DNA of 64,000 nucleotides. It comes from a bacterium (GTDB lineage: Bacteria; Patescibacteriota; Minisyncoccia; UBA6257; 02-FULL-45-10c). The notes under the pieces are model-generated. The model was not told the origin of the DNA. It ran no database searches and saw only the letters and a program-made list of their open reading frames with translations. Position numbers and translations under genes: made by a program. Location of the stretch: assembly GCA_030700025.1 (NCBI GenBank), contig JAUYKI010000017.1, forward strand, positions 2,748-66,747, given 5' to 3'. Positions 34,786-44,558 of this stretch are shown here, in pieces (the stretch's first letter is position 1; every line of letters starts with the position of its first letter).

Positions 34786-34826
34786 AATAAAAATTCCCTC
34801 CGACGCAAGGTCGGAGGGAATTTTTA

Positions 34827-35597
34827 TTATGAAGTCAAAGATAAATTTTTATTGAATTCTTTTCTTGGTTTGGATTTTTTGATAATCCGCAACGCTTCCG
34901 CCGGAGTGTCCACGATTGTGAAAAGATTCAAGTCCGCTTTATCAATGGCGTCAAACTTTTCATACATTTCCACTTCAAACCATTTGACCAGCGGTTCCCA
35001 GAATTTTTTCCCGTAAAGGATAATCGGAATCTTATCAGTTATTTTTTTAGTTTGGACAAGAGTAAGAATCTCAAAAAATTCGTCCAAGGTTCCGAAACCG
35101 CCCGGAAAATAAACATAGGCCTGGGCAGAGTAGGAGAGCATCACTTTTCTCACAAAGAAATAGTGAAAGGCGATGCTTTTGGAAACATAGGCGTTAATGC
35201 GCTGTTCAAACGGCAGTTTGATATTCAGGCCGATGGACTCACCCTTATTTTCAAAGGCGCCGTGGTTTCCGCCCTCCATGATTCCCGGTCCGCCGCCCGT
35301 TACTACGCCAAAGCCGTTTTTGGCCAATAAGCCTCCCAATTTTCTGGCCTCTTCATACCAGCGGCTTCCTTCTGGAAATCGGGCGGAACCGAAAATAGTG
35401 ACGGTTTTTTTGAAGTCGGCCAAAAATTGCCAGCCGTCCACAAACTCGGACATAATGCGCAACACTCTCCAGTGGAAGGAAGACCGGAAGTCGGTTGGAT
35501 GCCGCCGGACATCTATCGGCAGTTTAGATGCCGGCAGATTCAAGTGCCCCCTTTTGGAATTATTATTTTTCCCGTTTTTATTCTTTTTCTTAAGCAT
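34827..35597 (-). CDS. LOG-family protein (TIGR00730; cytokinin riboside 5'-monophosphate phosphoribohydrolase-like)
   Basis: GGGPGIMEG and PGGFGTLDE motifs; 256 aa with a K/N-rich tail. Confidence 0.85.
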   Translation of the reverse strand: MLKKKNKNGKNNNSKRGHLNLPASKLPIDVRRHPTDFRSSFHWRVLRIMSEFVDGWQFLADFKKTVTIFGSARFPEGSRWYEEARKLGGLLAKNGFGVVTGGGPGIMEGGNHGAFENKGESIGLNIKLPFEQRINAYVSKSIAFHYFFVRKVMLSYSAQAYVYFPGGFGTLDEFFEILTLVQTKKITDKIPIILYGKKFWEPLVKWFEVEMYEKFDAIDKADLNLFTIVDTPAEALRIIKKSKPRKEFNKNLSLTS

Positions 35598-35780
35598 TTA
35601 TTAAGTATATCAGATATGACAAGAACTACGGAACTAATAACTATTAACCAATGACTAATTGACTTTATCCCAAAATGATATATAATATCCCCAAGCATCA
35701 GATACTTCGGTATTTGATGCGGTTCGTTGAAAAAGAAAACCAATTCAGCCGCTAATCCCGGCTGAGCGGAACAGGGGTCC

Positions 35781-35819
35781 TAAATCCGCTAAGCGCGGAT
35801 CGGACAAGGAGAGAGAAAG
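35781..35819 (+). promoter_or_regulatory. Conserved 5' leader, a hairpin plus Shine-Dalgarno, shared with the leader at 55326-55363
   Basis: TAAATCCGCTAAGCGCGGATCGGACAAGGAGAGAGAAAG-ATG, compared with TAAATCCGCTAATAGCGGATTGGGCAAGGGAGACGAAA-ATG. Confidence 0.5.
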
Positions 35820-36566
35820 ATGGCTGCTAATGACAGCGTCAGAGTAAGGGTGACGGATTTAGTCACCAAGCTGTTGGAGTACGTTCGGGACGGAAAACGG
35901 GACGCTAATGACGTGGCCCGGGTTCTCCAGGTCGTAAAAGACGACCCGAATTTCATCCACCAGCTGTTTCCGGAAGAAACCGGTAGGCCGCAAGTACCCG
36001 CGCGTAATCGGAGAGCCAGGCATTTGCTGGACCAGTGGTACGACATCTATGTCAGAGAGTTTGGAATGAAATTAGATCTTGAGGAATTTCGAGCTATTAA
36101 AATTCCGCCTCGTAGATCCGAATTTGACCGTCTGATTGTCGTGCTGAAGGGACTGACTCTTGGTCAGATTGTCCAAGTCCTTCAAAAACATATGAAGATT
36201 GATATTCGCGCTGGCCATCTCAATTCCATCACTTCCGTCCGAAACACCAGTCAAACTTATGCCATCTGGGTCCGCGACTACCAGGAAGCCGACAAAGAGT
36301 TCGAGAATATGTCAGCTGAGTACTTAATCGGAAAGCAAATTAAGGGTATTACCTTGGAAGAGTATTTTCTCTTTGAACTTAAGTATTACTTGGAGTTAGG
36401 CCTGCACCTGGATATTAAGAATGTTACTCGTTGCGATGGTTCGCGCAATTCGAATGGCAATGTTCTGATCGCGAGCTGGGATCCGGACGATGGCGAGGTC
36501 ATCGTCTATTGGTACGATCCGTTGGATGCAGGTTCTGGTGTGCGTTCCCGTCAGGTTATTGCTTAA
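35820..36566 (+). CDS. Hypothetical protein
   Basis: 248 aa with no recognisable family. Preceded by the conserved leader hairpin. Confidence 0.5.
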   Translation: MAANDSVRVRVTDLVTKLLEYVRDGKRDANDVARVLQVVKDDPNFIHQLFPEETGRPQVPARNRRARHLLDQWYDIYVREFGMKLDLEEFRAIKIPPRRSEFDRLIVVLKGLTLGQIVQVLQKHMKIDIRAGHLNSITSVRNTSQTYAIWVRDYQEADKEFENMSAEYLIGKQIKGITLEEYFLFELKYYLELGLHLDIKNVTRCDGSRNSNGNVLIASWDPDDGEVIVYWYDPLDAGSGVRSRQVIA

Positions 36567-36624
36567 AAATTTTCGCCTCGGCTTTTTGCCGGGGCTTTTT
36601 ATTTCTACGAAAGCAGTTTTTGAG

Positions 36625-36809
36625 AAAAGAAACTTTATTCTCCGTAGCGCGGGCTGAGCCTGCCTGCCGGTAGGCAGGGGCTGAGCGGGCAGGGTGTCCC
36701 GCGAAGCGGGACGAGCGAAGCCCGAGACCCAGTGAAAACTTCCCTCACTCTTGTACAAAAGTGAGGGACTGGGAGTTTGAACGGTAGCGGGAGAATAAAG
36801 TTTCTTTTC
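36625..36809. repeat. Family-B palindromic element, copy 2 (~185 bp); its right end overlaps the comFC stop codon
   Basis: GAAAAGAAACTTTATTCTC … GAGAATAAAGTTTCTTTTC arms. The internal hairpins differ from copy 1 but stay complementary. It also carries the CCCTCACTCTTG…CAAAAGTGAGGG hairpin and the GCCTGCCGGTAGGCAGG hairpin also present in family-A copy 1. Confidence 0.7.
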
Positions 36810-37543
36810 TAGCGTGTTTTAGCAATTACCAACGCGATTATTTTTTTGGCGCCGGCGGATTTTAAAGTTTTAGCGGCTTCGCGGATAGTGGCTCCGGAAG
36901 TGTGAACGTCGTCAACGAGAAGGATATTTTTTCCCACTATCAGTTCTGGGTAATTAACCGCGAAGCAGTTAATCACATTTTGCGCCCGTTCTTCATGATT
37001 CTTGGCAAGCGACTGGGTTTTAGTATTTTTAATTCTTTGAATCGGCTCCGTTAAATCTAATTTATAAAAATCAGCAACAATTTTCGCAATCAATTTTGCC
37101 TGATTAAATCCGCGTTCTTTTTCCCGATCTTCGTGAAGCGGGATTGGAACCACGGTAAAATTTCTAATATCTAAATCCAAATTTCTAAGATACGAGACTA
37201 GAATTTCGCCTAATGGCCTTTGAAGCCGCTGCCATTTTTTAAATTTAAATAATTTCAGCAAAGTCCGGATGGAATCGTTATCGTAATTAGTGGCGGCGGC
37301 CAAAAGATAAGGAGAATCTTTATGGCAGACCTTTTTATTATCCGCCAGGCGCAATCCGCAAACCGGGCAAAAAAGCGAAGTATTGAGGCGGATGCCGGCC
37401 CAGCACTCCGGGCAAAGATCGCCTTCAGCGTTTTTTTGGCAGTTTAAGCAGAGCGGAGGAAAGAGGATGTCCCACAGCCAGGTTTTCATTTTTTGGAGAT
37501 AGCTCATGTCTGTTATACTAATAATAGATTTAGAATAAGGCAA
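36809..37543 (-). CDS. comFC: ComF-family competence protein (double zinc ribbon plus phosphoribosyltransferase fold)
   Basis: N-terminal CLNCQ…CPECW…CPVCG zinc fingers; C-terminal PRTase motif VLLVDDVHTSGAT. Confidence 0.8.
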   Translation of the reverse strand: MPYSKSIISITDMSYLQKMKTWLWDILFPPLCLNCQKNAEGDLCPECWAGIRLNTSLFCPVCGLRLADNKKVCHKDSPYLLAAATNYDNDSIRTLLKLFKFKKWQRLQRPLGEILVSYLRNLDLDIRNFTVVPIPLHEDREKERGFNQAKLIAKIVADFYKLDLTEPIQRIKNTKTQSLAKNHEERAQNVINCFAVNYPELIVGKNILLVDDVHTSGATIREAAKTLKSAGAKKIIALVIAKTR

Positions 37544-37750
37544 TGGATTCCAATAACTAATTTCTAATATCTAATTTCTAATAAAATGACCGAAATCACA
37601 AACCACAAGCACCAAATCACAAACAAGCACCAATGACCAAAATCATAAATTTAAAACCCGTTTGGAATTTCTATTATTTGAATTTAGAATTTGTTTGTAA
37701 TTTGAGATTTGTAATTTGGAATTTTATCAGAAATTGTAAATTGTAAATTT

Positions 37751-38812
37751 ATGTCTTTTTTTGAAAAACTTCTTCATAACAAAACTTATTTCGGCGTGGA
37801 TATCGGCACGACCTCTATTAAAATTGTGGAATTAAAACAGGGAGGCCAGAAGCCGGGCCTGAAAGATTATTGCGTTTTGGAAAGCTACGCGCATCTGGAA
37901 AAATTTAACGCGGCCATTCAAACCAGCAATTTAAAAATGCTGGACCAGAAAACCGCGGAATATTTGAAAACCGCGATTCAGCAGATAGAGTCTAAAGACA
38001 TTGAAGCCATTGCTTCGGTTCCGACTTTTTCCGCTTTTACTACTTTGATTGAAATGCCGGCTATGTCGGAGGCGGATACGAGCAAGGCCATGGCATTCCA
38101 GGTTAGGCAGTATGTTCCTTTGCCGATTTCGGAAGTAACCACCGACTGGATAAAAATTATGGAAAAAAAGGATTCTGCCGGCAATTTAATCCAGCAAGTT
38201 CTGCTGATTTCCATTCCGAATGAAATTATTAATAAGTATAAAAATGTTTTTCAGTTGGCGGGCGTGAAATTAATCGCTTTAGAAGTGGAAGGATTGAGTT
38301 TGGCGCGGGCGCTGACTCTTGGTTCGCCGGAAGTTTCGCTGATTGTGGATATCGGATCCCGGTCTACCAGTATTCTTATCGCCCAAAACGGCTTTTTGAA
38401 GTTTGTCAGCCAGACGGATTTCGCCGGCAGTTCCTTAACGCAGAATTTGGCTGCCGGAACCAGCCTTTCTCCGCAGGAGGCCGAAGAAATGAAACGGCAG
38501 AGGGGCATTGTCTCGGGGGAGTTATCCACACTGCTGATACCGGTGCTGGATGCTATAATAAATGAGACGAGACTAGTCAAGGAAGATTTTGAAAAGAACT
38601 ATAAAGAGCCGGTCCAAAAGCTTATTTTGACCGGAGGCGGGGCTAATCTGAGCGGCATTGAGAAGTACTTTGGCGAGCAATTGGGCTTGCCGGCCGTTAA
38701 GGGCAATCCGCTGTCACGGGTGGATTATCCGGAAGAATTAAACCCCTTGCTTGGAGAATTGAATAATACTTTGGCGATTGCCGCCGGACTCGCTTTAAGG
38801 GATGTACACTAG
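37751..38812 (+). CDS. pilM: Type IV pilus assembly protein PilM (actin-like ATPase fold)
   Basis: N-terminal GVDIGTTSIKIVEL motif; 353 aa. Confidence 0.85.
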   Translation: MSFFEKLLHNKTYFGVDIGTTSIKIVELKQGGQKPGLKDYCVLESYAHLEKFNAAIQTSNLKMLDQKTAEYLKTAIQQIESKDIEAIASVPTFSAFTTLIEMPAMSEADTSKAMAFQVRQYVPLPISEVTTDWIKIMEKKDSAGNLIQQVLLISIPNEIINKYKNVFQLAGVKLIALEVEGLSLARALTLGSPEVSLIVDIGSRSTSILIAQNGFLKFVSQTDFAGSSLTQNLAAGTSLSPQEAEEMKRQRGIVSGELSTLLIPVLDAIINETRLVKEDFEKNYKEPVQKLILTGGGANLSGIEKYFGEQLGLPAVKGNPLSRVDYPEELNPLLGELNNTLAIAAGLALRDVH

Positions 38813-38830
38813 TTAAAAAAATAAATTGTA

Positions 38831-39373
38831 ATGGCGCTATTAAATCAAAAACCAATGGAGCACTACGTGCCGGAAACACCGGTTGCCGGAACACCGTGGC
38901 GCCTTTTTACTTACGCCGGATTGGCATTTTTGGCGTCTTTGTTGATTTATCTGGGATTAAGCATGGGCTATAGCGCTTACTTAAGTTCCCGGATTACCGC
39001 GGTGGAACAGCAATTAAAACAATTGGGAACTTCCATTTCCAAAGAAGATCAGGATAAGTTTGTCCGATTTTATTCCCAGCTGGTTAACTTTAATAAGCTT
39101 TTAGATAATCATATTTTATCCGCCGATACATTTTCTTTATTGGAAAAAAATACCAATCAAAAAGTCCGTTATACTAATTTTGATTTAAAAATTGACGAGC
39201 GGAAGCTTACTTTAGACGGTTCGGCTCTTTCTTATGAAATTTTGGCGCAACAGCTGGCGTCTTTTGCCGCCGATCCCGGCGTAGAGAACTACATGCTTAA
39301 TCAATCGCAAATGAGCGATGGAAGCGTAAAATTCAAGGCGGTATTAATATTAAAAAAGGAAGTTTTAAAATAA
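38831..39373 (+). CDS. PilN-like bitopic pilus assembly protein
   Basis: Single TM (LAFLASLLIYLGL) then coiled-coil/periplasmic domain; operon position follows pilM. Confidence 0.55.
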   Translation: MALLNQKPMEHYVPETPVAGTPWRLFTYAGLAFLASLLIYLGLSMGYSAYLSSRITAVEQQLKQLGTSISKEDQDKFVRFYSQLVNFNKLLDNHILSADTFSLLEKNTNQKVRYTNFDLKIDERKLTLDGSALSYEILAQQLASFAADPGVENYMLNQSQMSDGSVKFKAVLILKKEVLK

Positions 39374-39381
39374 GATGAATC

Positions 39382-39504
39382 CCACACATAACAAAGACTA
39401 TAGGATATTTAAGCTAATAACTATGATAGTAGAATTAAAATGTCACATTAAATTAAAAGGCAAGGATTTGCGGAAAACTTCGCAGTCTTTGTTATGTGTG
39501 GGAT
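39382..39504. repeat. Palindromic element exactly filling the pilN-pilO-like spacer (19-bp perfect arms)
   Basis: CCCACACATAACAAAGACT … AGTCTTTGTTATGTGTGGG. The right arm overlaps the start region of the downstream gene. Confidence 0.6.
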
Positions 39505-40078
39505 GAAAGCTTCTACTCAAAGAGCCTTGGGATTGTTGGGAACCGGACTATTGTTTGTCGGAGCGGCGGCGATTTTTGCTTTTTTATCGGTTCCGGCTTA
39601 TCAGGACATCCAGGATTTGAAATCCACGCTGTCGTCTAAATCAACATTATTTCAAAATCAATCCCGCGATTTGACCCAGGTTCAAAACTTGTTATCGCAA
39701 TATCAGGGAGTGGTCCGGCTGGAAGAATCTTTAAATTTGGCTCTGCCTACCAAAGAAGAGTCCGGAAGCATCGTGAATCAGCTGGATGTTATTACTAAGT
39801 CCAACGGCGTTTTAATTAAATCCCTCGGGCTGGATTATGTTCCGGCCGGACGGACCGCCGGGACCGCTTTGGTAAAAAATGTTTCTACTTTGCGGCTGAC
39901 AATAAAATTAGCCGGTTCTTATTCCGCGTTTAAAAAAGCTTTAGCCGCGCTGGAAACCAATATTCGCATCATGGATTTAGTGAGTTTGAAGATGGAGCCG
40001 GTTAGCGCCGCGCCCGGCCAGGAATCCGCGGATTTATTTGATTACACCTTAGTTATTAATACTTATTATCAATTGTAA
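39503..40078 (+). CDS. PilO-like bitopic pilus assembly protein
   Basis: MKASTQRALGLLGTGLLFVGAAAIFAFL TM segment followed by a periplasmic domain. The track start at 39494 lies inside the palindrome arm. Confidence 0.5.
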   Translation: MKASTQRALGLLGTGLLFVGAAAIFAFLSVPAYQDIQDLKSTLSSKSTLFQNQSRDLTQVQNLLSQYQGVVRLEESLNLALPTKEESGSIVNQLDVITKSNGVLIKSLGLDYVPAGRTAGTALVKNVSTLRLTIKLAGSYSAFKKALAALETNIRIMDLVSLKMEPVSAAPGQESADLFDYTLVINTYYQL

Positions 40079-40101
40079 AATTTATTAGAGATTTAAATAA
40101 T

Positions 40102-40392
40102 ATGGCAATTACATTTGAAAAAGAAAAAAAACCGTTTGGCATTGTTCGGCTTGTTATCGTGATAGCGGCGGTGGTGTTTATTGTCGGCGGAGCCTACTTT
40201 TTATTCTTCGCTTCAACTCCGGGCATAGAAGCTTTAGTTCCTTCGGAACAAAGGTTAGCCACCCAGATTTCTAAATTAGAATTGAATACCCAGCCGGCCG
40301 TGGAAGCTTTTACTTCTAACCGCCTTAAAAGATACGCCGGTCCGCCTTCGGTTGGACAAGTTGGCAGATTAAATCCATTTGTCCGATTTTAG
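40102..40392 (+). CDS. Small bitopic protein in the pilus operon (PilP-like position)
   Basis: 96 aa with one TM helix. Confidence 0.4.
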   Translation: MAITFEKEKKPFGIVRLVIVIAAVVFIVGGAYFLFFASTPGIEALVPSEQRLATQISKLELNTQPAVEAFTSNRLKRYAGPPSVGQVGRLNPFVRF

Positions 40393-40396
40393 GAAT

Positions 40397-40520
40397 GGAT
40401 CCCGTTAGAGATAGGCCGTCAAAGGCGGCCGTAGCTCGTCCGTTCTAATGGCGCTCAGAGTTTAAAATAAAAACAAAGGTTAATAATATAAATCTAATTT
40501 AGTTATCTCTAACGGGATGG
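40397..40520. repeat. Family-C palindromic element; the right arm contains the pilB ATG
   Basis: GGATCCCGTTAGAG … CTCTAACGGGATGG; the pilB ATG is at 40517. Confidence 0.65.
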
Positions 40521-42250
40521 ATGCTCAAGTTTTACTTAAAGCTCTTGTTGATAAGGAACTTCTAAAACAGGATCAGGCGGATAAGCTGATTCAGGAATCT
40601 TCGGCTGGGCAAAAATCCGCTGAAGATTTAATTTACGAAAACCGGCTGGTGGACGAAACCGAAGTGGCGAAAACCAAAAGCCAGCTTTTAAAAATACCTT
40701 ATAAGAAAATTTCGGCGGATACTCTGGATAAAGAATTTTTAAAAGTTATTCCGATTGAAACCGCCCAAACTTATAAAATAATTCCTATTTCCCGGACGGA
40801 AAATATGCTGGTGGTGGGAATGGTGAATCCGGACGACCAAAAAGCCCAGGACGCGCTCCGGTTTGTCGCTAAGCAATTGCACTCCAATCTTGGAGTTTAT
40901 TTGATTTCACACGGCGATTTGGACGCAGTCTTAAAAAAATATTCTCCGTTTAAAGATGAAGTAGAAGCGGCAGTGCGGGCTTTGGGGACTAGGCCGGGCA
41001 GGAAAGTCGGCCAGGCAATTCAACTGGAAGAGGGAACCGCGGTTACGGAAGAAGCGCCGGTAATTAAAATTGTCGCTTCAACGCTTAGAGAAGCGGTCAA
41101 CGTCGGAGCTTCGGACATTCACGTTGAGCCAGAGCGGGAAAAATTCCGGATTCGTTTCCGGATTTCCGGAGATTTGCAGACCATCAGCGAAATGCCGATT
41201 GAATTGCACCAGCCGATAGTTTCCCGCATTAAAGTTATGTCCAAGTTAAAATTAGATGAAAACCGCGTTCCGCAAGACGGCCGGTTTCGCAGCCAGGTAT
41301 CGGGCCGGGACATTGATTTCCGGATCGCGACTTTTCCAACTCCAGCCGGAGAAAAAGTGGCAATCCGGGTTCTGGATTCTTCTACCGGCTTACGGACTTT
41401 AAATGAATTGGGATATAGCGATCGGAATGTAAAAATTGCCATGGAGGCGATTGAGCGCCCGTTTGGCACCGTGGTCATTACCGGTCCGACCGGTTCGGGA
41501 AAATCCACCACTCTTTATTCGTTGATGCAGATTTTAAATCAGCCGGACGTTAACATCGTCAGCTTGGAAGATCCGGTGGAGTATTATATTGACGGCGCCA
41601 ACCAGTCGCAGGTTCGGCCGGAAATCGGCTATGATTTCGCCGCCGGTTTGCGGCAAATTTTGCGGCAAGACCCGGACGTGATTATGGTTGGAGAAGTGCG
41701 GGACGTGGAAACTGCCACTTTGACCATCCACGCCGCTTTAACCGGACACATCGTATTAACCACCTTGCACACTAATAATGTAGTGGGCGTAGTGCCCCGC
41801 TTATTGGATTTAAAAGTAGACGCGTTTTTATTGCCGCCGGCGGTAAATTTGATGGTGGCCCAGCGCTTGCTTTCCAAGCTTTGCCCGAAATGCAAAAAGC
41901 CCGAACCTGCTCCGGGAAATATCGCCGAAATGATCAAAAAAGAATTGGAAAAATTGCCGGCAGACGTCAGGGCGGAATTAAAATCTAAAGAACCGTATAA
42001 AATCTATCGGTCGGCCGGATGCGCTTCTTGTAAAAATAAAGGGACAGCCGGGCGGATGGCCATTTCGGAGCTTTTAAAAATGACTCCACAATTGTCGGAA
42101 ATTATCAGCGCCGGCCCGACCGAGAACCGGATTTTAGAAGAGGCTAAGCGCCAAGGAATGGTAACGATGCGGCAAGACGGAATTATTAAAGCCCTGGACG
42201 GATTATTGGGAATGGAGGAGGTATTGCGAGAGACTGCGGAGCTGACCTAA
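40517..42250 (+). CDS. pilB: Type IV pilus assembly ATPase PilB (GspE family)
   Basis: N-terminal T2SS-E N domain; Walker A GPTGSGKST; Asp/His boxes; tetracysteine CPKC…CASC. Confidence 0.9.
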   Translation: MDAQVLLKALVDKELLKQDQADKLIQESSAGQKSAEDLIYENRLVDETEVAKTKSQLLKIPYKKISADTLDKEFLKVIPIETAQTYKIIPISRTENMLVVGMVNPDDQKAQDALRFVAKQLHSNLGVYLISHGDLDAVLKKYSPFKDEVEAAVRALGTRPGRKVGQAIQLEEGTAVTEEAPVIKIVASTLREAVNVGASDIHVEPEREKFRIRFRISGDLQTISEMPIELHQPIVSRIKVMSKLKLDENRVPQDGRFRSQVSGRDIDFRIATFPTPAGEKVAIRVLDSSTGLRTLNELGYSDRNVKIAMEAIERPFGTVVITGPTGSGKSTTLYSLMQILNQPDVNIVSLEDPVEYYIDGANQSQVRPEIGYDFAAGLRQILRQDPDVIMVGEVRDVETATLTIHAALTGHIVLTTLHTNNVVGVVPRLLDLKVDAFLLPPAVNLMVAQRLLSKLCPKCKKPEPAPGNIAEMIKKELEKLPADVRAELKSKEPYKIYRSAGCASCKNKGTAGRMAISELLKMTPQLSEIISAGPTENRILEEAKRQGMVTMRQDGIIKALDGLLGMEEVLRETAELT

Positions 42251-42284
42251 CCAATAACCGCCGACTAATGATATTATAAAGTGT

Positions 42285-43352
42285 ATGGCTGATTATAAGG
42301 CGAGATTAATAGATTTACTTTCCGAGGCGGTCAAGCAAGACGCTTCGGATTTGCATATTGCGGTAGGTCAAAAGCCGATGCTTCGGAAGGACGGAAGTTT
42401 GGTAGCTTTAGAAAGTGAATCGGTTCTGAACCCTAAGGACGCCGAAGGATTGGTGTTGGCGTTATTAAACCCTGATCAAAAAAACAAATTCTTGGAAGAA
42501 AAGCAGTTAGATTTTGCGTATGACCTGGATGGCAGAGCCAGGTTCCGTATTAACGCCTATTTTCAAAGAGGATTTATGTCGGCGGCGCTCCGTTTAATTT
42601 CGGCGAAAGTTAAAACATTGGAAGAATTGGGCTTGCCGATGGTGTTGAGGGAATTTGCCAAATTATCCCAAGGGCTCTTGCTGGCAGTCGGTCCGGCTGG
42701 ACAAGGAAAGTCCACGACTTTAGCGGTGGTAGTAGATGAAATCAATCGCCAGCGCGCCGACCATATTATTACCATTGAAGACCCGATTGAATATTTGTTT
42801 GAACAAAATAAAAGCATTATTTCCCAGCGGGAAGTTCGTTTGGATACTTTAACGTTTCACGACGCCTTGCGATCGGTTTTGCGGCAGGATCCGGATGCAA
42901 TTATGATCGGTGAAATGCGCGACGCGGAATCTATTGCCAGCGCTTTAACCGCCGCGGAAACCGGCCATTTGGTTCTTTCCACCTTGCATACTAATTCGGC
43001 TTCTCAGACTATTGACCGGATTGTGGATAGTTTTCCGTCCGGCCAGCAGCCGCAAATTATTTCTCAGCTGGCATCCACTTTGATAGGCATTGTTTCCAAA
43101 AGATTAATTCCTAAAATTGGCGGCGGACGGGTTCCGGCTTGCGAAATTATGATAATGAATCCGGCAATCCGGAATTTAATCCGGGAAAAGAAGTTTTTCC
43201 AGATAGATAACGTTATTGAAACCAGCAAAGGCGAGGGCATGATCAGCTTAAACCGTTCTTTATCGGAGCTGGTGAAGGCCAAGCAAATTACTCCGGCGAA
43301 CGCGGAATTATATTCCATTAGCCCGAAAGAATTAAAATTGATGTTAAAATGA
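42285..43352 (+). CDS. pilT: Twitching-motility retraction ATPase PilT
   Basis: Walker A GPAGQGKSTT and the AIRNLIRE motif; 355 aa. Confidence 0.9.
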   Translation: MADYKARLIDLLSEAVKQDASDLHIAVGQKPMLRKDGSLVALESESVLNPKDAEGLVLALLNPDQKNKFLEEKQLDFAYDLDGRARFRINAYFQRGFMSAALRLISAKVKTLEELGLPMVLREFAKLSQGLLLAVGPAGQGKSTTLAVVVDEINRQRADHIITIEDPIEYLFEQNKSIISQREVRLDTLTFHDALRSVLRQDPDAIMIGEMRDAESIASALTAAETGHLVLSTLHTNSASQTIDRIVDSFPSGQQPQIISQLASTLIGIVSKRLIPKIGGGRVPACEIMIMNPAIRNLIREKKFFQIDNVIETSKGEGMISLNRSLSELVKAKQITPANAELYSISPKELKLMLK

Positions 43353-44557
43353 AATTTAAATACGTTGCTAAAACTAAAACCGGCGAGCTGCAAACAGGAT
43401 TTATTGAATCGCAGGACCGCAATTCCGCCACTAGCGCTTTGGTTAGCCACGAGCTGGCAGTTTTAAGCTTAGAATCCGCGGATGTGCCAAAGTGGTACGA
43501 ACAATTTTTAAATTTATTTAAAAGAGTAAGCAGTACCGACCTGATGGTTTTTACCCGCCAATTCGCCACTTTATTGGATGCTAAAATTTCCTTGGGCGAT
43601 TCTTTAAAAAATCTTCATCGCCAAACCCGCAATGTTGCCTTAAAAGAAGCGGTATTTGATATTTCGGCGGACATTGAAGCCGGCTTGTCTTTATCGCAGG
43701 CCTTGGAGCGGCACTCCGCGATTTTTCCGGACTTCTACGTTAACATGGTGCGTTCGGCGGAAATTACCGGCCGGATGAGCGAAGTTATGATGTTTTTGGC
43801 GGATTATCTGGAAAAGACCCAGGCGACTTCCACTAAAGTCCGGAACGCCATGATTTATCCGGTAGTGGTAATTATTTTGCTGGTTGGCGTGATGCTGGTG
43901 ATGGTAGGTTTTGTTTTTCCTAAGTTAATTCCGGTTTTTGAAGAATCAAACGTGGAATTGCCGTTAATCACTAAAATAATTTTTGCCATTGGAACCTTTA
44001 TCAGCAATTGGTGGTGGCTGGTTTTGCTGGCTTCTATTGCCGGAGCTTATTTTCTGGTTTCTTACTTAAAAACCAAAGAGGGCAGGGTAGTGTTAGACGA
44101 AGTTTTAATGAAATTGCCGGTTTTTGGAACTATGCTTCGGAAGCTGTATATTTCTAGATTTGCCGAACTGACCAGCGTTTTGATAAAAGGCGGAACTCCG
44201 ATAGCCCAAAGTTTGGGAATTGCCGGCAATACCGTGGGCAGTTTTATTTATCGGGACCAGATTTTAGAAATTGCCGAAGCGGTCCGGCAGGGACAGCTGA
44301 TGTCCCAGGCGCTGGAAGAACGGCAGGTGTATTTTCCGGTTTTAGTCAGCCAGATGGTTTCCGTGGGCGAAAGCACCGGCAAGCTGGAAGAGTTATTAAG
44401 CCGGGTATCAAGCTTTTACACAAGAGAAGTGGATGACTTGGTTAATAATTTGGTAGAATTAATTCAGCCCCTTCTGATGGTAGTAATCGGCGTGGCAGTA
44501 GGAATTTTATTTGCTTCAGTATTGCTGCCAATTTTCAGCTTGGTGCAGACTTTCTAA
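43349..44557 (+). CDS. pilC: Type IV pilus platform protein PilC (GspF family)
   Basis: Two T2SS-F domains; 402 aa; 4-bp overlap with pilT. Confidence 0.9.
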   Translation: MKFKYVAKTKTGELQTGFIESQDRNSATSALVSHELAVLSLESADVPKWYEQFLNLFKRVSSTDLMVFTRQFATLLDAKISLGDSLKNLHRQTRNVALKEAVFDISADIEAGLSLSQALERHSAIFPDFYVNMVRSAEITGRMSEVMMFLADYLEKTQATSTKVRNAMIYPVVVIILLVGVMLVMVGFVFPKLIPVFEESNVELPLITKIIFAIGTFISNWWWLVLLASIAGAYFLVSYLKTKEGRVVLDEVLMKLPVFGTMLRKLYISRFAELTSVLIKGGTPIAQSLGIAGNTVGSFIYRDQILEIAEAVRQGQLMSQALEERQVYFPVLVSQMVSVGESTGKLEELLSRVSSFYTREVDDLVNNLVELIQPLLMVVIGVAVGILFASVLLPIFSLVQTF

Positions 44558-44558
44558 T

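Noticed and set aside
37545-37750. CRISPR array
   Set aside because: Repeat period is ~7 nt with no unique spacers, and no cas genes are in the window. These are simple heptamer tandem arrays.
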